This document shows, piece by piece, positions 30,916 to 39,900 of a DNA stretch of 64,000 bases (its first letter is position 1; each line of letters starts with the position of its first letter). The DNA is taken from the NCBI GenBank assembly GCA_020347565.1, contig CP070732.1, forward strand, positions 243,582-307,581. The letters run 5' to 3'. The notes beneath the pieces were generated by a model that searched no databases, had not been told where the DNA came from, and saw nothing but the letters and a program-made list of their open reading frames with translations. The DNA is from Methanobacteriota archaeon. GTDB lineage: Archaea > Thermoplasmatota > Thermoplasmata > UBA10834. A program made the translations under genes and the position numbers.

Positions 30916-32373
30916 TTGGAAATCAAGGCGCCGAAGGGCGGTCAATTGGAACTCTTATCTCGCGACGACCTGGACAAGATTCACGGCGCCACAGTCGAAA
31001 TCCTTCAGAGATTAGGGATGAAGATCTGGGAGCCAACTGCCTTGAAGCTGTTCAAAGATGCTGGAGCCGACGTCGACGAGAAGACAATGATGGTCCGCAT
31101 CCCAGAGAACCTCCTCAAAGAGACTGTTCGGAAGGCTCCTCAGGAGTTCAAGCTCTATGGGAGGGATCCGGACTATATTCTCAACATGGCCGAAAACAAT
31201 GTCCACATCGGACCATCTGGTCTCGCCGTAAGAGTGCATGACCTCGACGGCAAGATCAGGCCTGGGAAGCTGAAGGACGTCGGAAACCTCGCGAGGCTCA
31301 TCGACGCTCTGGAGAACATCCATATGAATGTCATGAGCGTCACCCCGTCCGACGTCCCGGACGATCTGTATCACCTTCATGGAATCATGGAGGATTGGAG
31401 GAACTCAGTCAAGACGACTGATGGATACAATTGGACCGCAAGGAAGGCCCAAGAGACCATAGACATGGCGTCGATTCTCAGGGGAGGCACAGAGGAACTG
31501 ATGAAGAAGCCGTGCCTTCTTGGTTTCACGAATCCCGTCAGCCCTATGCAGCAATCCAAGGAGCTGATCGAGGGGGCGCTGGTCTACGCGAAGTACAAGC
31601 AGCCGATGATCTACGCTCCTGAAGCACTTGCGGGCGGCACCGCACCCGCGACCCTCGCAGGCCTGCTTGCACAGCAGAACGCTGAGGTGTTATCTGGAAT
31701 CATGATATCCGAGCTCGCGAACCCCGGAGCTCCCGTGTTCTACGGGACGGTCTCGGCGGCGCTGGACATGAAGACGGGAGCGACAGCCCTTGGGGGGCCT
31801 GAAGTCGGACTGCTGAATATCGCGACTGGACAGCTCGGAAGATACTACGGGCTCCCGCGAAGAGGCACGGGCGGCAACTCCGATTCAAAGGCATTGGACG
31901 CTCAGGCAGGGTTGGAGACGGCGACGAACATGCTCATGGCAGGACTCGCAGGGATGAATTTCATCTATGACGCCTGCGGCTCCCTCGAGGGCAGCATAAC
32001 GACGTCCTATGAGAAACTCGTGATTGACAACGAAATCGCCGGTATGGTCACGAGGATCCTTGGCGGCATAGAGGTCACGGAGGAAACGCTCGCGGTTGAC
32101 GAGATCTGCAGAGTCGGGCCGAATGCCAGCTTCCTCGGGACGTCGTTCACGGCGAAGCACTTCAGGAAGGAGCACTTCCTCCCAACGCTGCTTGACCGCA
32201 GGTCACTGGAATCGTGGCTGAAAGCCGGCTCGAAAGACATCACCGCGGTCGCGCGAGAGAAGGCAAAGCAGATACTGAAGGAGCACGAGCCTGTGCCCAT
32301 GGACAAAGGCGTCACAGCAGAGCTAGAAGAATACGTGAAGAAGGCGACAAAGACGAAGGCGACAAAGACATAG
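30916..32373 (+). CDS. MttB family protein, non-pyrrolysine, paralog 2
   Basis: Close paralog of 24397-25863 (NSVKTTDG, WTARKAQET, GGPEVGL, LPRRGTGG). TTG start after GGAGG. Confidence 0.92.
   Translation: MEIKAPKGGQLELLSRDDLDKIHGATVEILQRLGMKIWEPTALKLFKDAGADVDEKTMMVRIPENLLKETVRKAPQEFKLYGRDPDYILNMAENNVHIGPSGLAVRVHDLDGKIRPGKLKDVGNLARLIDALENIHMNVMSVTPSDVPDDLYHLHGIMEDWRNSVKTTDGYNWTARKAQETIDMASILRGGTEELMKKPCLLGFTNPVSPMQQSKELIEGALVYAKYKQPMIYAPEALAGGTAPATLAGLLAQQNAEVLSGIMISELANPGAPVFYGTVSAALDMKTGATALGGPEVGLLNIATGQLGRYYGLPRRGTGGNSDSKALDAQAGLETATNMLMAGLAGMNFIYDACGSLEGSITTSYEKLVIDNEIAGMVTRILGGIEVTEETLAVDEICRVGPNASFLGTSFTAKHFRKEHFLPTLLDRRSLESWLKAGSKDITAVAREKAKQILKEHEPVPMDKGVTAELEEYVKKATKTKATKT
32340..32369 (+). 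repeat. 15-bp tandem duplication at the end of MttB paralog 2 (encodes KATKT twice)
   Basis: GAAGGCGACAAAGAC x2. Confidence 0.8.
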
Positions 32374-32513
32374 GGACTCTGAAACGATTGCGCCAGCTGT
32401 CCCCTGAATCTGCAACCCGGGACTCGATCTGGAGCGCAGAGGCGGAGGGGGCCACAACACGACGAGGCTGGATTGAAGCCCTGTCGCAGACGATCCACGC
32501 GCGCAGTTTTGCT

Positions 32514-33569
32514 CTAGATGCTGAACCTCACGAACTGGTTCTCACAGGGCGATCCATGGGCTATCCAGAACTCCCTCTTCGAGGGCACACTGATCCACGA
32601 ATCCAGGGTGAGTCCCCGCTCCTTCGGACCCGGATCATCTCCTGGGTGATGGCAGATCGAGGCCGGATAATCCACATGGTCCCGCAAGAAGCCCATGCAT
32701 GTTTCCAGGTCTATCTTGCCTCGGTTCTCCCTCAACAGCCTGTTCATTCTGTTGTGGCGGATTATGCTGCAAGAGGTTACTCCAGTGTTCTGCGTCGTTC
32801 GGAACTTGTCCGACACAAAGTGGTTGGCGTGGCCTATGTACTCTCCGCTGTAGGAGATATCCAGATCGTTAGGTGTTGCTTCAACGTTGTACAATTCGGT
32901 CTCATTCGTTATGACGAAGTTGAAGTATCCTGCTCTGTCCGCTCTTCGAACGGCGTCCAGCGCCTTCCCCAAGGTCTTCTGCTTCAGAACTTCAGCCACT
33001 ATGAGGTAGGAAGGCACTCCAGCAGTCATTTCCTTCTGCGGCACAGTGTTCCAGTTGATGCTGATCCCGCTCGAATTCAATCCAGCACAGGCCAGCATGC
33101 CTGGGTTGGTGTAATCCAGGATGTCAGGACCGTTTTCCCTCCTGATCTTGAATAGCAGGCTGAGCTCCCCATCCCACCACTCTTTTTCAAGACCATCCCA
33201 TGTTTGCCCAGCATACGTCTCGCCTTTTTCTGTCGCATTGCCTGTCGCGGCAAATGCTGTGCAACCGGGACGGTCGAAATCGCTTCTCTCCTCGAGGGCG
33301 TTTATCATCACTATCTCTTCATAGGCCCGCTCCGATCCTTCCGCAATGCCTCTGAGCTCGTCAGCGATTTCCGGAGAGTATTCCCGGATGAAAGGCTCGT
33401 ACTTGCTAGCATGTCTCAGCAACTGGTCTTTGGTCTGTCTACCGGCGAACTCCTGGTAGAACTGCTCCTCTATCATCCGGGTGATAAGGCTCTTGCAGAT
33501 CTCGCCATAGCCGAAACCCCTGTCGTATGCGTTGCCGCTCAGATCCATTGTGAAAAGGCTCTTTGCCAT
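32514..33569 (-). CDS. C45-family Ntn hydrolase/acyltransferase (self-processing, Cys nucleophile)
   Basis: RGFGYG, ELRGIAEG, autocleavage site GCTAF, GQTWD, GLNSSG, HANHF, ICHH. Confidence 0.88.
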   Translation of the reverse strand: MAKSLFTMDLSGNAYDRGFGYGEICKSLITRMIEEQFYQEFAGRQTKDQLLRHASKYEPFIREYSPEIADELRGIAEGSERAYEEIVMINALEERSDFDRPGCTAFAATGNATEKGETYAGQTWDGLEKEWWDGELSLLFKIRRENGPDILDYTNPGMLACAGLNSSGISINWNTVPQKEMTAGVPSYLIVAEVLKQKTLGKALDAVRRADRAGYFNFVITNETELYNVEATPNDLDISYSGEYIGHANHFVSDKFRTTQNTGVTSCSIIRHNRMNRLLRENRGKIDLETCMGFLRDHVDYPASICHHPGDDPGPKERGLTLDSWISVPSKREFWIAHGSPCENQFVRFSI

Positions 33570-33738
33570 GATGATGCTCTCCCCTGGTTCCTGATTACCG
33601 CAACCACCATAAGCATTGCTGTGTCTTGATGTTCAGTGCGTTGCCGACCTATTCGTGTGAGCGCCGAATTCGCGTGCCTGAAGGGGAGCCAAGGGTTTAT
33701 CTCTGCCCTTTCCCTCCCAGGCGTCAGGAGGGCTACTC

Positions 33739-35190
33739 GTGAAGGGGATTCCGTGCAAACAGATGATCAAGATACTGACCGACGAACAGGTGGAGAAGGT
33801 TCACGAGGCCTCCCTCAAGATACTTGAGGGGACGGGCGTCAGGTTCGATAGCGCAGACGCGAGGCGCCGCCTGATGGACTCTGGCGGGATTGCGCACACG
33901 GACAGGAAGGACGTCATCACTTTCCCCAGAAGCGTGATTGAGGAGGCAATCGGCAAGGTCCCGCGCGAGGTCAGCTACTTCGCGAGGGACCCCGAATGGG
34001 ACATCAGGTACGACGGTGAACACACGTACCCGTACGCTGGAGGCGGCGACCCAAACGTCCTGGACATCGACACTGGGAAGGCGAGGCCCTCAACGTTTGC
34101 TGACGTCGAAGACGCCGCGAGACTCGGTGATGCGCTCGAGAACAACAACTCGGTTTCACATATGGTCATCGCCAACGATGTCCCTCCCTGGATGATAGAG
34201 CTCAGGACCATGGAGGCGGGGATGAAGAACTCGGCGAAGGCCTTGTCCCACCACGCCACACGTGCGGAGACCGTGGATTACATGGTCAAGATATGGTCTT
34301 GCGTTGCTGGCGGCGAGGAGGAGTTCAGGAAGAGGCCTCTGCTCAGCCTGGGCAGCTCCCCGAGCAGTCCGCTGACCTACGCCAGCCACGTGTGCGATGT
34401 CCTGATCAGGAGCGTGGAGCTAGGGGTTCCGTTCTCCGTCATTCCTTGCCCCGTCTCGGGCGGGACCGGCCCGGCGACGCTCGGAGGGTCCCTGGCGCTG
34501 CAGAACGCCGAGACGCTGGCCGGCTTGGTGCTGATGCATGCGGCCGCCCCGCCGCTCCCGACAGTGTATTGCGGCAGGGTCTGCTTCATGGACCCGAGGA
34601 GCGGACGGGACCTATGGGGAGTGCCAGAGGAGGGACTGGTATCGGCAGCCCTCGTCCAGCTCGGCAAGAGATACGATATGGTTTGTGACGCCTGCGGCAC
34701 GGCCTCCGACGTGACGAGATGGGACCTCCAGATCGGGTTCGAGTGCATGATGACTACGCTACTGCCAGTCATGGCCGGGGCCGAGAGCGTTTCCGGCATC
34801 GGCGGCGGATGGGAAGGCGCCTCAAGCCTCGAGATGATGGTCGTCGGCAACGAGGTATACGACGACGTCGCCAGGGTCATGAGGGGCATCGCCCTGGACG
34901 ACGACGTGCTCGGTTTGGATGTAATCGATGGGGTGGGGCACATGGGCACATACCTCACGCAGCCTCACACCGCGAAGTACCTGCGGAAGGGGGAGCTGAG
35001 GATCTCGTCGCTCTGGGACAAGAGGACTTCCGAGAGCGCCTCGAGGGAAGGGTCAAAGCCCTTGATCGAGACCGCGAGGGATGTTGCCAAAAGCGTATTG
35101 AAAGAGCATGAGCCGATGCCCTTGGACAGGGACGTCGAGCAGGAGATTGGCACGATACTGAAAGACGCGCAGAAGGCCCTCGCAAGATAG
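33739..35190 (+). CDS. MttB family protein, non-pyrrolysine, divergent paralog 3
   Basis: VHEASLKIL...GV, PSSPL, GGTGPATLGG...NAETLAG, DLQIGFE, HEPMPLD. GTG start after AGGAGG. Confidence 0.88.
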   Translation: MKGIPCKQMIKILTDEQVEKVHEASLKILEGTGVRFDSADARRRLMDSGGIAHTDRKDVITFPRSVIEEAIGKVPREVSYFARDPEWDIRYDGEHTYPYAGGGDPNVLDIDTGKARPSTFADVEDAARLGDALENNNSVSHMVIANDVPPWMIELRTMEAGMKNSAKALSHHATRAETVDYMVKIWSCVAGGEEEFRKRPLLSLGSSPSSPLTYASHVCDVLIRSVELGVPFSVIPCPVSGGTGPATLGGSLALQNAETLAGLVLMHAAAPPLPTVYCGRVCFMDPRSGRDLWGVPEEGLVSAALVQLGKRYDMVCDACGTASDVTRWDLQIGFECMMTTLLPVMAGAESVSGIGGGWEGASSLEMMVVGNEVYDDVARVMRGIALDDDVLGLDVIDGVGHMGTYLTQPHTAKYLRKGELRISSLWDKRTSESASREGSKPLIETARDVAKSVLKEHEPMPLDRDVEQEIGTILKDAQKALAR

Positions 35191-35283
35191 TCGCCCAGAC
35201 GCTCGCCGCTGTGGCCGCACGCCAGCTGAGGCGACGGGAACGGCAGTAGCCGAGCCCTCTGTGCAACGGCCTTCCGACCGCGT

Positions 35284-35823
35284 TCAGATGTCTATGCTGC
35301 TGTAGTCGACGTCCGAAGCCCTCTTGAAGTACCCCTTCGGATGCTTGCAGTTCGGGCACTCGTCCGGCGCTTCCTTGCCCCTGTGCAGATGACCGCAGTT
35401 CGTGCAGAACCAGACCTCTTCCTCGTCTGACTTGTAGAGCGTTCCATCCCTCAGCCTGTCGAGCAGAAGCTGGTACCTCTTCGCGTGGTGCTTCTCGCTC
35501 ACGATCACATGCTCGAAGTACTTCGCCTCGTCGGCCTTCCCCTCATCGCGTGCCCCCTTGGCGAAAGTCGGGTACATCTCCGTCCATTCGTAGGTCTCGC
35601 CCTTCACCGCCTCGACCAGGTTCTCCTCTGTGGTGCCGACCATGCCGAGGAGCTTCATGATCATCGCGGCATGTTCGTACTCGTTGTCAGCCGTCTCCTC
35701 GAAGATCTTGGCTATTGCCTGATGGCCCTCCTTCTTCGCGGCACCCGCCCACTTCACGTACTTCGCTCTCGCCTGGGCCTCGCCCGCGAGAGCCGCCTTG
35801 AGATTCTCCTCCGTCTTGCTCAA
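35284..35823 (-). CDS. rbr: Rubrerythrin
   Basis: AGEAQA, NEYEHA, GETYE...MYP, EKHH, CTNCG...CPNC. Confidence 0.95.
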   Translation of the reverse strand: MSKTEENLKAALAGEAQARAKYVKWAGAAKKEGHQAIAKIFEETADNEYEHAAMIMKLLGMVGTTEENLVEAVKGETYEWTEMYPTFAKGARDEGKADEAKYFEHVIVSEKHHAKRYQLLLDRLRDGTLYKSDEEEVWFCTNCGHLHRGKEAPDECPNCKHPKGYFKRASDVDYSSIDI

Positions 35824-35901
35824 CCTAATCCCTCTGGATGAGTGAAAGGGTTGCCCACATAAGTATCCCTCGCCTAATCCATGAGGGCTGGTCTCGTCGC
35901 G

Positions 35902-36417
35902 CTAGGATTGTATCGATACCAGGTAGTCTATGAACTTGCTCAGAGGCATCCCGTCCTTCCAGCGCATGATGAGGTTGCCCCCCTTGGACGCCTCTATCTT
36001 CGGCAGTCTCTCGTACATGAACCGCAGCCTGCCGTTCACGGACCCCATCTCTATCGTGAACATCCTCCAGGCGTCGCCCCGCTGCCCCTTGTGCCTGAAA
36101 GCGTATATCGGCATGAGCCCGGCACGCCTGCAGTCCTCCACCATCTCCTGCGCCTGCACCGCGAGCTTCTCGCTCCTGCTGAAGCGCAGCACCTGGCTCG
36201 TGGAGCTCTTGACTTCGATCGGGAGGGATATGCCCTCTCTTATGGCGACGAGGTCGACGCCCAACGAGCCCGCGCCGCGTATGACGAGAAACGGCTTGTC
36301 CTCGATCCTCCGGTAGCCGGTCCTCTCCTCGGTGTTGCATGTCTTGGTGACCCTCTCGAGCGTGTCACTGTTCGCGCTGAGGATCCCCTTGAGCTCTCGC
36401 TCGAAAACCTTGCCCAT
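35902..36417 (-). CDS. Holliday junction resolvase Hjc-like PD-(D/E)xK nuclease
   Basis: FERELKGIL, RGAGS, DLVA, IEVKS. Confidence 0.8.
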   Translation of the reverse strand: MGKVFERELKGILSANSDTLERVTKTCNTEERTGYRRIEDKPFLVIRGAGSLGVDLVAIREGISLPIEVKSSTSQVLRFSRSEKLAVQAQEMVEDCRRAGLMPIYAFRHKGQRGDAWRMFTIEMGSVNGRLRFMYERLPKIEASKGGNLIMRWKDGMPLSKFIDYLVSIQS

Positions 36418-36464
36418 CCCATCGCCTTGGCTGCGTGTATCGCGTCGCCAGAATTAATCACTTT

Positions 36465-36965
36465 CTACATGCAGTCAGCGATCGCCTGCGCGTCGATGTC
36501 CTCGAGGACCAGTTTGTCGAGGTCGTCGGTGTGGAGGGCGCACTTCGTCCCGGGCGCTTCGGGCGTCCGCGGTTCCGCGCTTCCAGCCTCGCACTCGTAG
36601 ACGACGAGCAGTCTCTTCACTGAGATGTTGCCATAGTGTCGTGTCACATCGTAGAGCGCTCTGAGCCTCATGCCCTCCGCATCGATCCCGCACGACTCGC
36701 TCACGACCCGGGCGCCCGCCTCCTCCGGCGCCTCGTCCATCGCGATCCTCCCGGACGGCAGCGTCCACACGGACGCCGCTCCCTTTCGTAGGAGGAACAC
36801 GCCCTCCCTGCGCTTCGTCACGACGACGGCCTCCCCCTTGCACGGCGTGTAATCCATGTCGAACTTCATCTCGAGGAGGTCTAGCTCGAAGCGCCTGACG
36901 ACGAGGTCAGGCGTGTCGGCCGCCAGCTCGTCGATCTCGTCCGCGGTCGGCAGCTCCAGCAGCAT
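36465..36965 (-). CDS. Nudix-fold protein with degenerate Nudix box
   Basis: WTLPSGRIAMDEAPEEAGARVVSESCGI. Confidence 0.65.
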   Translation of the reverse strand: MLLELPTADEIDELAADTPDLVVRRFELDLLEMKFDMDYTPCKGEAVVVTKRREGVFLLRKGAASVWTLPSGRIAMDEAPEEAGARVVSESCGIDAEGMRLRALYDVTRHYGNISVKRLLVVYECEAGSAEPRTPEAPGTKCALHTDDLDKLVLEDIDAQAIADCM

Positions 36966-36982
36966 CCTCTTGGATCGTTCTG

Positions 36983-38311
36983 TCAGGGGACCAGCCTCAC
37001 TCTGTCGCGCGGGTAGAGAACCGTCTCGCGTATGTTCGGGAGGTCGAGTATCTTCTGCACATATCTCTCGATGCCGAAACCGAACCCGCCGTGCGGTGGC
37101 ATCCCGTACCTGAACGCCTTGAGGTAGAAATCGAACGCCTCGAGGTCAAGGCCGTTCTCCCTCATCTGTTCGACGAGGACGTCGTATCTGTGCTCCCTCT
37201 GACCGCCCGACACGATCTCCTGGCCCTTGTAGTCGAGGTCGAAGTAGCCCGTCCGCTCAGGGTCTTCGTCGTACCGTTTCGCATAGAATGTGCCCCTCTT
37301 CAACGACGTCGGGAACTCGGTGATGAAGTACAGCAGCGCTCCATGCTTCTCCATGACGATGTCCCCCAGCCGCTTCTCCCCCTCCGTGCCGAGGTCGTCT
37401 CCGTGCGCTATCTTCATGCCGTCGGAGGCGAGCAGGTCGATGGCGTCGTCGTATCGTATCCTCGGGTACGGCGGCTCGGGCACGCTGAGATCGACACCGA
37501 GCAGGTCGAGATCTGCTTTCGCCGCGGTCAACAGGTGTCTCAGGCTGCTGTCCACGATGCCTTCCGCGACGGCCATGACGTCCTCGGATGACTCTATGAA
37601 CGCCAGCTCGACGTCGAGGGATGTGAACTCGGCGATGTGCCTGACCGTGTCGGAGGCCTCCGCCCTGTAGGCCGGGGCTATCTCGTAGACCCTGTCGAGG
37701 CCCGACGCCATCAGGTTCTGCTTGTACAGCTGTGGGCTCTGGGCGAGGTACGCGCTCTTGTCGAAGTACTTGATGGGGAAGAGCGTCGCTCCTCCCTCGG
37801 CACCGGCGGCGACTATCTTCGGCGTCGACACCTCGATGAAGCTCTCGGACAACAGGTAGTCCCTGACTCCCTGCAGCGCGGCAGCCCTGATTCGGAACAC
37901 CGCCCTGATATCGGCCTTTCTGAGGTCCATGAACCTGTTGTTCAGGCGCGTGTCGAGGTCCGCGCCGACCTTGTCCACGACGCCCAGAGGCTGGGGGCTC
38001 TCTGCCGCGCTGAGCACACGCACATCCTCCGGCAGTACCTCGAAGCCCGCCCTCGCCTCCTTGCTCTCCTTGACCGTACCCCTGACCAGAAGCACCGACT
38101 CCCTCTGCAGCGAGTTGATCTCTGCGAACAGCTCGGGGTTCCTCTTCTTGACCGCCGTCACCTGGACGACGCCGTCTCGGTCCCTCAGCTGCACGAACGA
38201 TATGCCCCCGAGGTTGCGGATGTCCTGCACCCAACCGCCGACAGAGACGGTCCTGCCGTAGTGTTCGGCCGTTATCTCGGCGGAGTAGAGTATGTGCTGC
38301 CATACGGGCAA
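36983..38311 (-). CDS. aspS: Aspartyl-tRNA synthetase, archaeal type
   Basis: GWVQDIRNLGG, AYLAQSPQLYKQ, EIVSGGQR, GMPPHGG, YPRD. TTG start after GGTGAT. Confidence 0.96.
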   Translation of the reverse strand: MPVWQHILYSAEITAEHYGRTVSVGGWVQDIRNLGGISFVQLRDRDGVVQVTAVKKRNPELFAEINSLQRESVLLVRGTVKESKEARAGFEVLPEDVRVLSAAESPQPLGVVDKVGADLDTRLNNRFMDLRKADIRAVFRIRAAALQGVRDYLLSESFIEVSTPKIVAAGAEGGATLFPIKYFDKSAYLAQSPQLYKQNLMASGLDRVYEIAPAYRAEASDTVRHIAEFTSLDVELAFIESSEDVMAVAEGIVDSSLRHLLTAAKADLDLLGVDLSVPEPPYPRIRYDDAIDLLASDGMKIAHGDDLGTEGEKRLGDIVMEKHGALLYFITEFPTSLKRGTFYAKRYDEDPERTGYFDLDYKGQEIVSGGQREHRYDVLVEQMRENGLDLEAFDFYLKAFRYGMPPHGGFGFGIERYVQKILDLPNIRETVLYPRDRVRLVP

Positions 38312-38399
38312 GGGAACATCACCTTCTCTCGCGTAACCAGGTCGTAGGTATATACTCTTTCTCCGCGACGGCCCGTGTCGGGTATGCGGCGTCGCGTCC

Positions 38400-39809
38400 T
38401 CACTTCGTCTTGGGCTTCCCTCTGCGGCCGAGCGTCGCCTGCCTGTGCCCCTCATCGAAGAGGCACCTGACCGCCCTCGCCGCCCTCATGGCGGAAGGAT
38501 ACACGGGTATGTTCTTCACCCTCAGCTCCTGAACGACCTCGTCGACCTCGGGGCCGCCCACCCAGCACGCGACGATCGGTTTCTTGAGGTTCCTCTTCTC
38601 CTCCACCAGCTTGATGACGGCGCCGACGTACTCCCTGGGCCTCGCGATCCCCGCGTGGACGCAGGTCATGATCAGCGAATCTATGTTCGGGTCGCTCAGC
38701 ATTATGCTGCCGGTGACGTAGTACCTGTGAAACCTCGCGTCGCCCGTGACGTCGAGCGGGTTCCTTGCGCTGGTTATCGGCGGAAGGTGAGGTGTCAGCG
38801 CGTCCCTGGTCTTCTTGGTCAGCTCAGGAACCTTAAGGCCCAGCGACTCGCACCAGTCGGTCATCATTATGCCCGCGCCGCCGCCGTTCGAGATTATGCC
38901 CACGCGATTGCCGCGGGTGCATGGCTGGTACGCCAACGCCCTCGCGAAATCGAACAGCTCCCCGACATCGTACGCTCGCTGGATGTGCACCTGCCTGAAC
39001 GCGGAGTCGTATACGGCGTCCGAGCCGCTGAGCGAGCCGGTGTGGGTCGACGCGGCAGCGGAGCCAGCGGGCGTGCGTCCCGCCTTTATGGCGATGATCG
39101 GCTTACGGCACCTCCTCGCGGCGTCGAGGAACTTCTTCCCGTCCTTGATGCCTTCGATGTACATCGCGATGACCTTGGTCGCTTCGTCCTGGTCGAGGTA
39201 ATCTATCAGGTCCGCATCGTCGACGTCCGCCTTGTTGCCGACCGATATCACCCTCGACAGGCCAATGTGCTCGCCGTTGGCGTAGTATATCATGCCCACG
39301 CACAGCGCGCCGCTCTGGCTAACGAGGGCGACCTCGCCTGGCTTGGGCATTCCGAAGACGAACGCGGCGTCGAGGTTGTCCACGGGGTCCTTGTACCCAA
39401 GGGTGTTGGGCCCTATGACCCTGATGCCTCCGCGCTTGGCGATGTCGAGCACCTCCTTCTCGAGCTGCCTCCCCCGCTCGCCCGTCTCGCCGAAGCCCGA
39501 CGATATGATGATCGCTCCCTTCACCTTCTTCCTCGCGCACTCGGTCATCACCTTCGGCACGAACTCCGCGGGCACGACGATCACCGCGAGATCTATCTCT
39601 TCCTTCGTCGCCAGGACGCTGGGGAGCGACCTGAGCCCAAGGATCGTCGGAGTCTCTGGGTTGATCGGTATGACCTTGCCTTTGTAGCCGTTGACGAGAA
39701 TGTTCTGGAGTATCTCGAAGCCCAGCTTCGTCGGGCTCCTCGATGCCCCTATGACCGCTATCGATTTCGGAGAGAATATCGGCCTGAGCTCCTCGACCGT
39801 TCCCATCAC
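38400..39809 (-). CDS. acdA: ADP-forming acyl-CoA synthetase alpha subunit
   Basis: IAVIGAS, GPNTLG, SQSGA, GNKAD, phospho-His motif STHTGSL, NPLD. Confidence 0.92.
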   Translation of the reverse strand: MMGTVEELRPIFSPKSIAVIGASRSPTKLGFEILQNILVNGYKGKVIPINPETPTILGLRSLPSVLATKEEIDLAVIVVPAEFVPKVMTECARKKVKGAIIISSGFGETGERGRQLEKEVLDIAKRGGIRVIGPNTLGYKDPVDNLDAAFVFGMPKPGEVALVSQSGALCVGMIYYANGEHIGLSRVISVGNKADVDDADLIDYLDQDEATKVIAMYIEGIKDGKKFLDAARRCRKPIIAIKAGRTPAGSAAASTHTGSLSGSDAVYDSAFRQVHIQRAYDVGELFDFARALAYQPCTRGNRVGIISNGGGAGIMMTDWCESLGLKVPELTKKTRDALTPHLPPITSARNPLDVTGDARFHRYYVTGSIMLSDPNIDSLIMTCVHAGIARPREYVGAVIKLVEEKRNLKKPIVACWVGGPEVDEVVQELRVKNIPVYPSAMRAARAVRCLFDEGHRQATLGRRGKPKTK

Positions 39810-39900
39810 TTCTCACTCGCGTCTCGCACAGCGACATCTCTGCGCATAAGCCTTTCCGTCCCTTGAGGCCAGGGCGAGACGTGTCCGGCTCGCCAGAGGC

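Noticed and set aside
24397-35190. Pyrrolysine read-through in the MttB genes
   Set aside because: All three frames are open through the Pyl-equivalent site; the TAGs seen are terminal stops at normal length.
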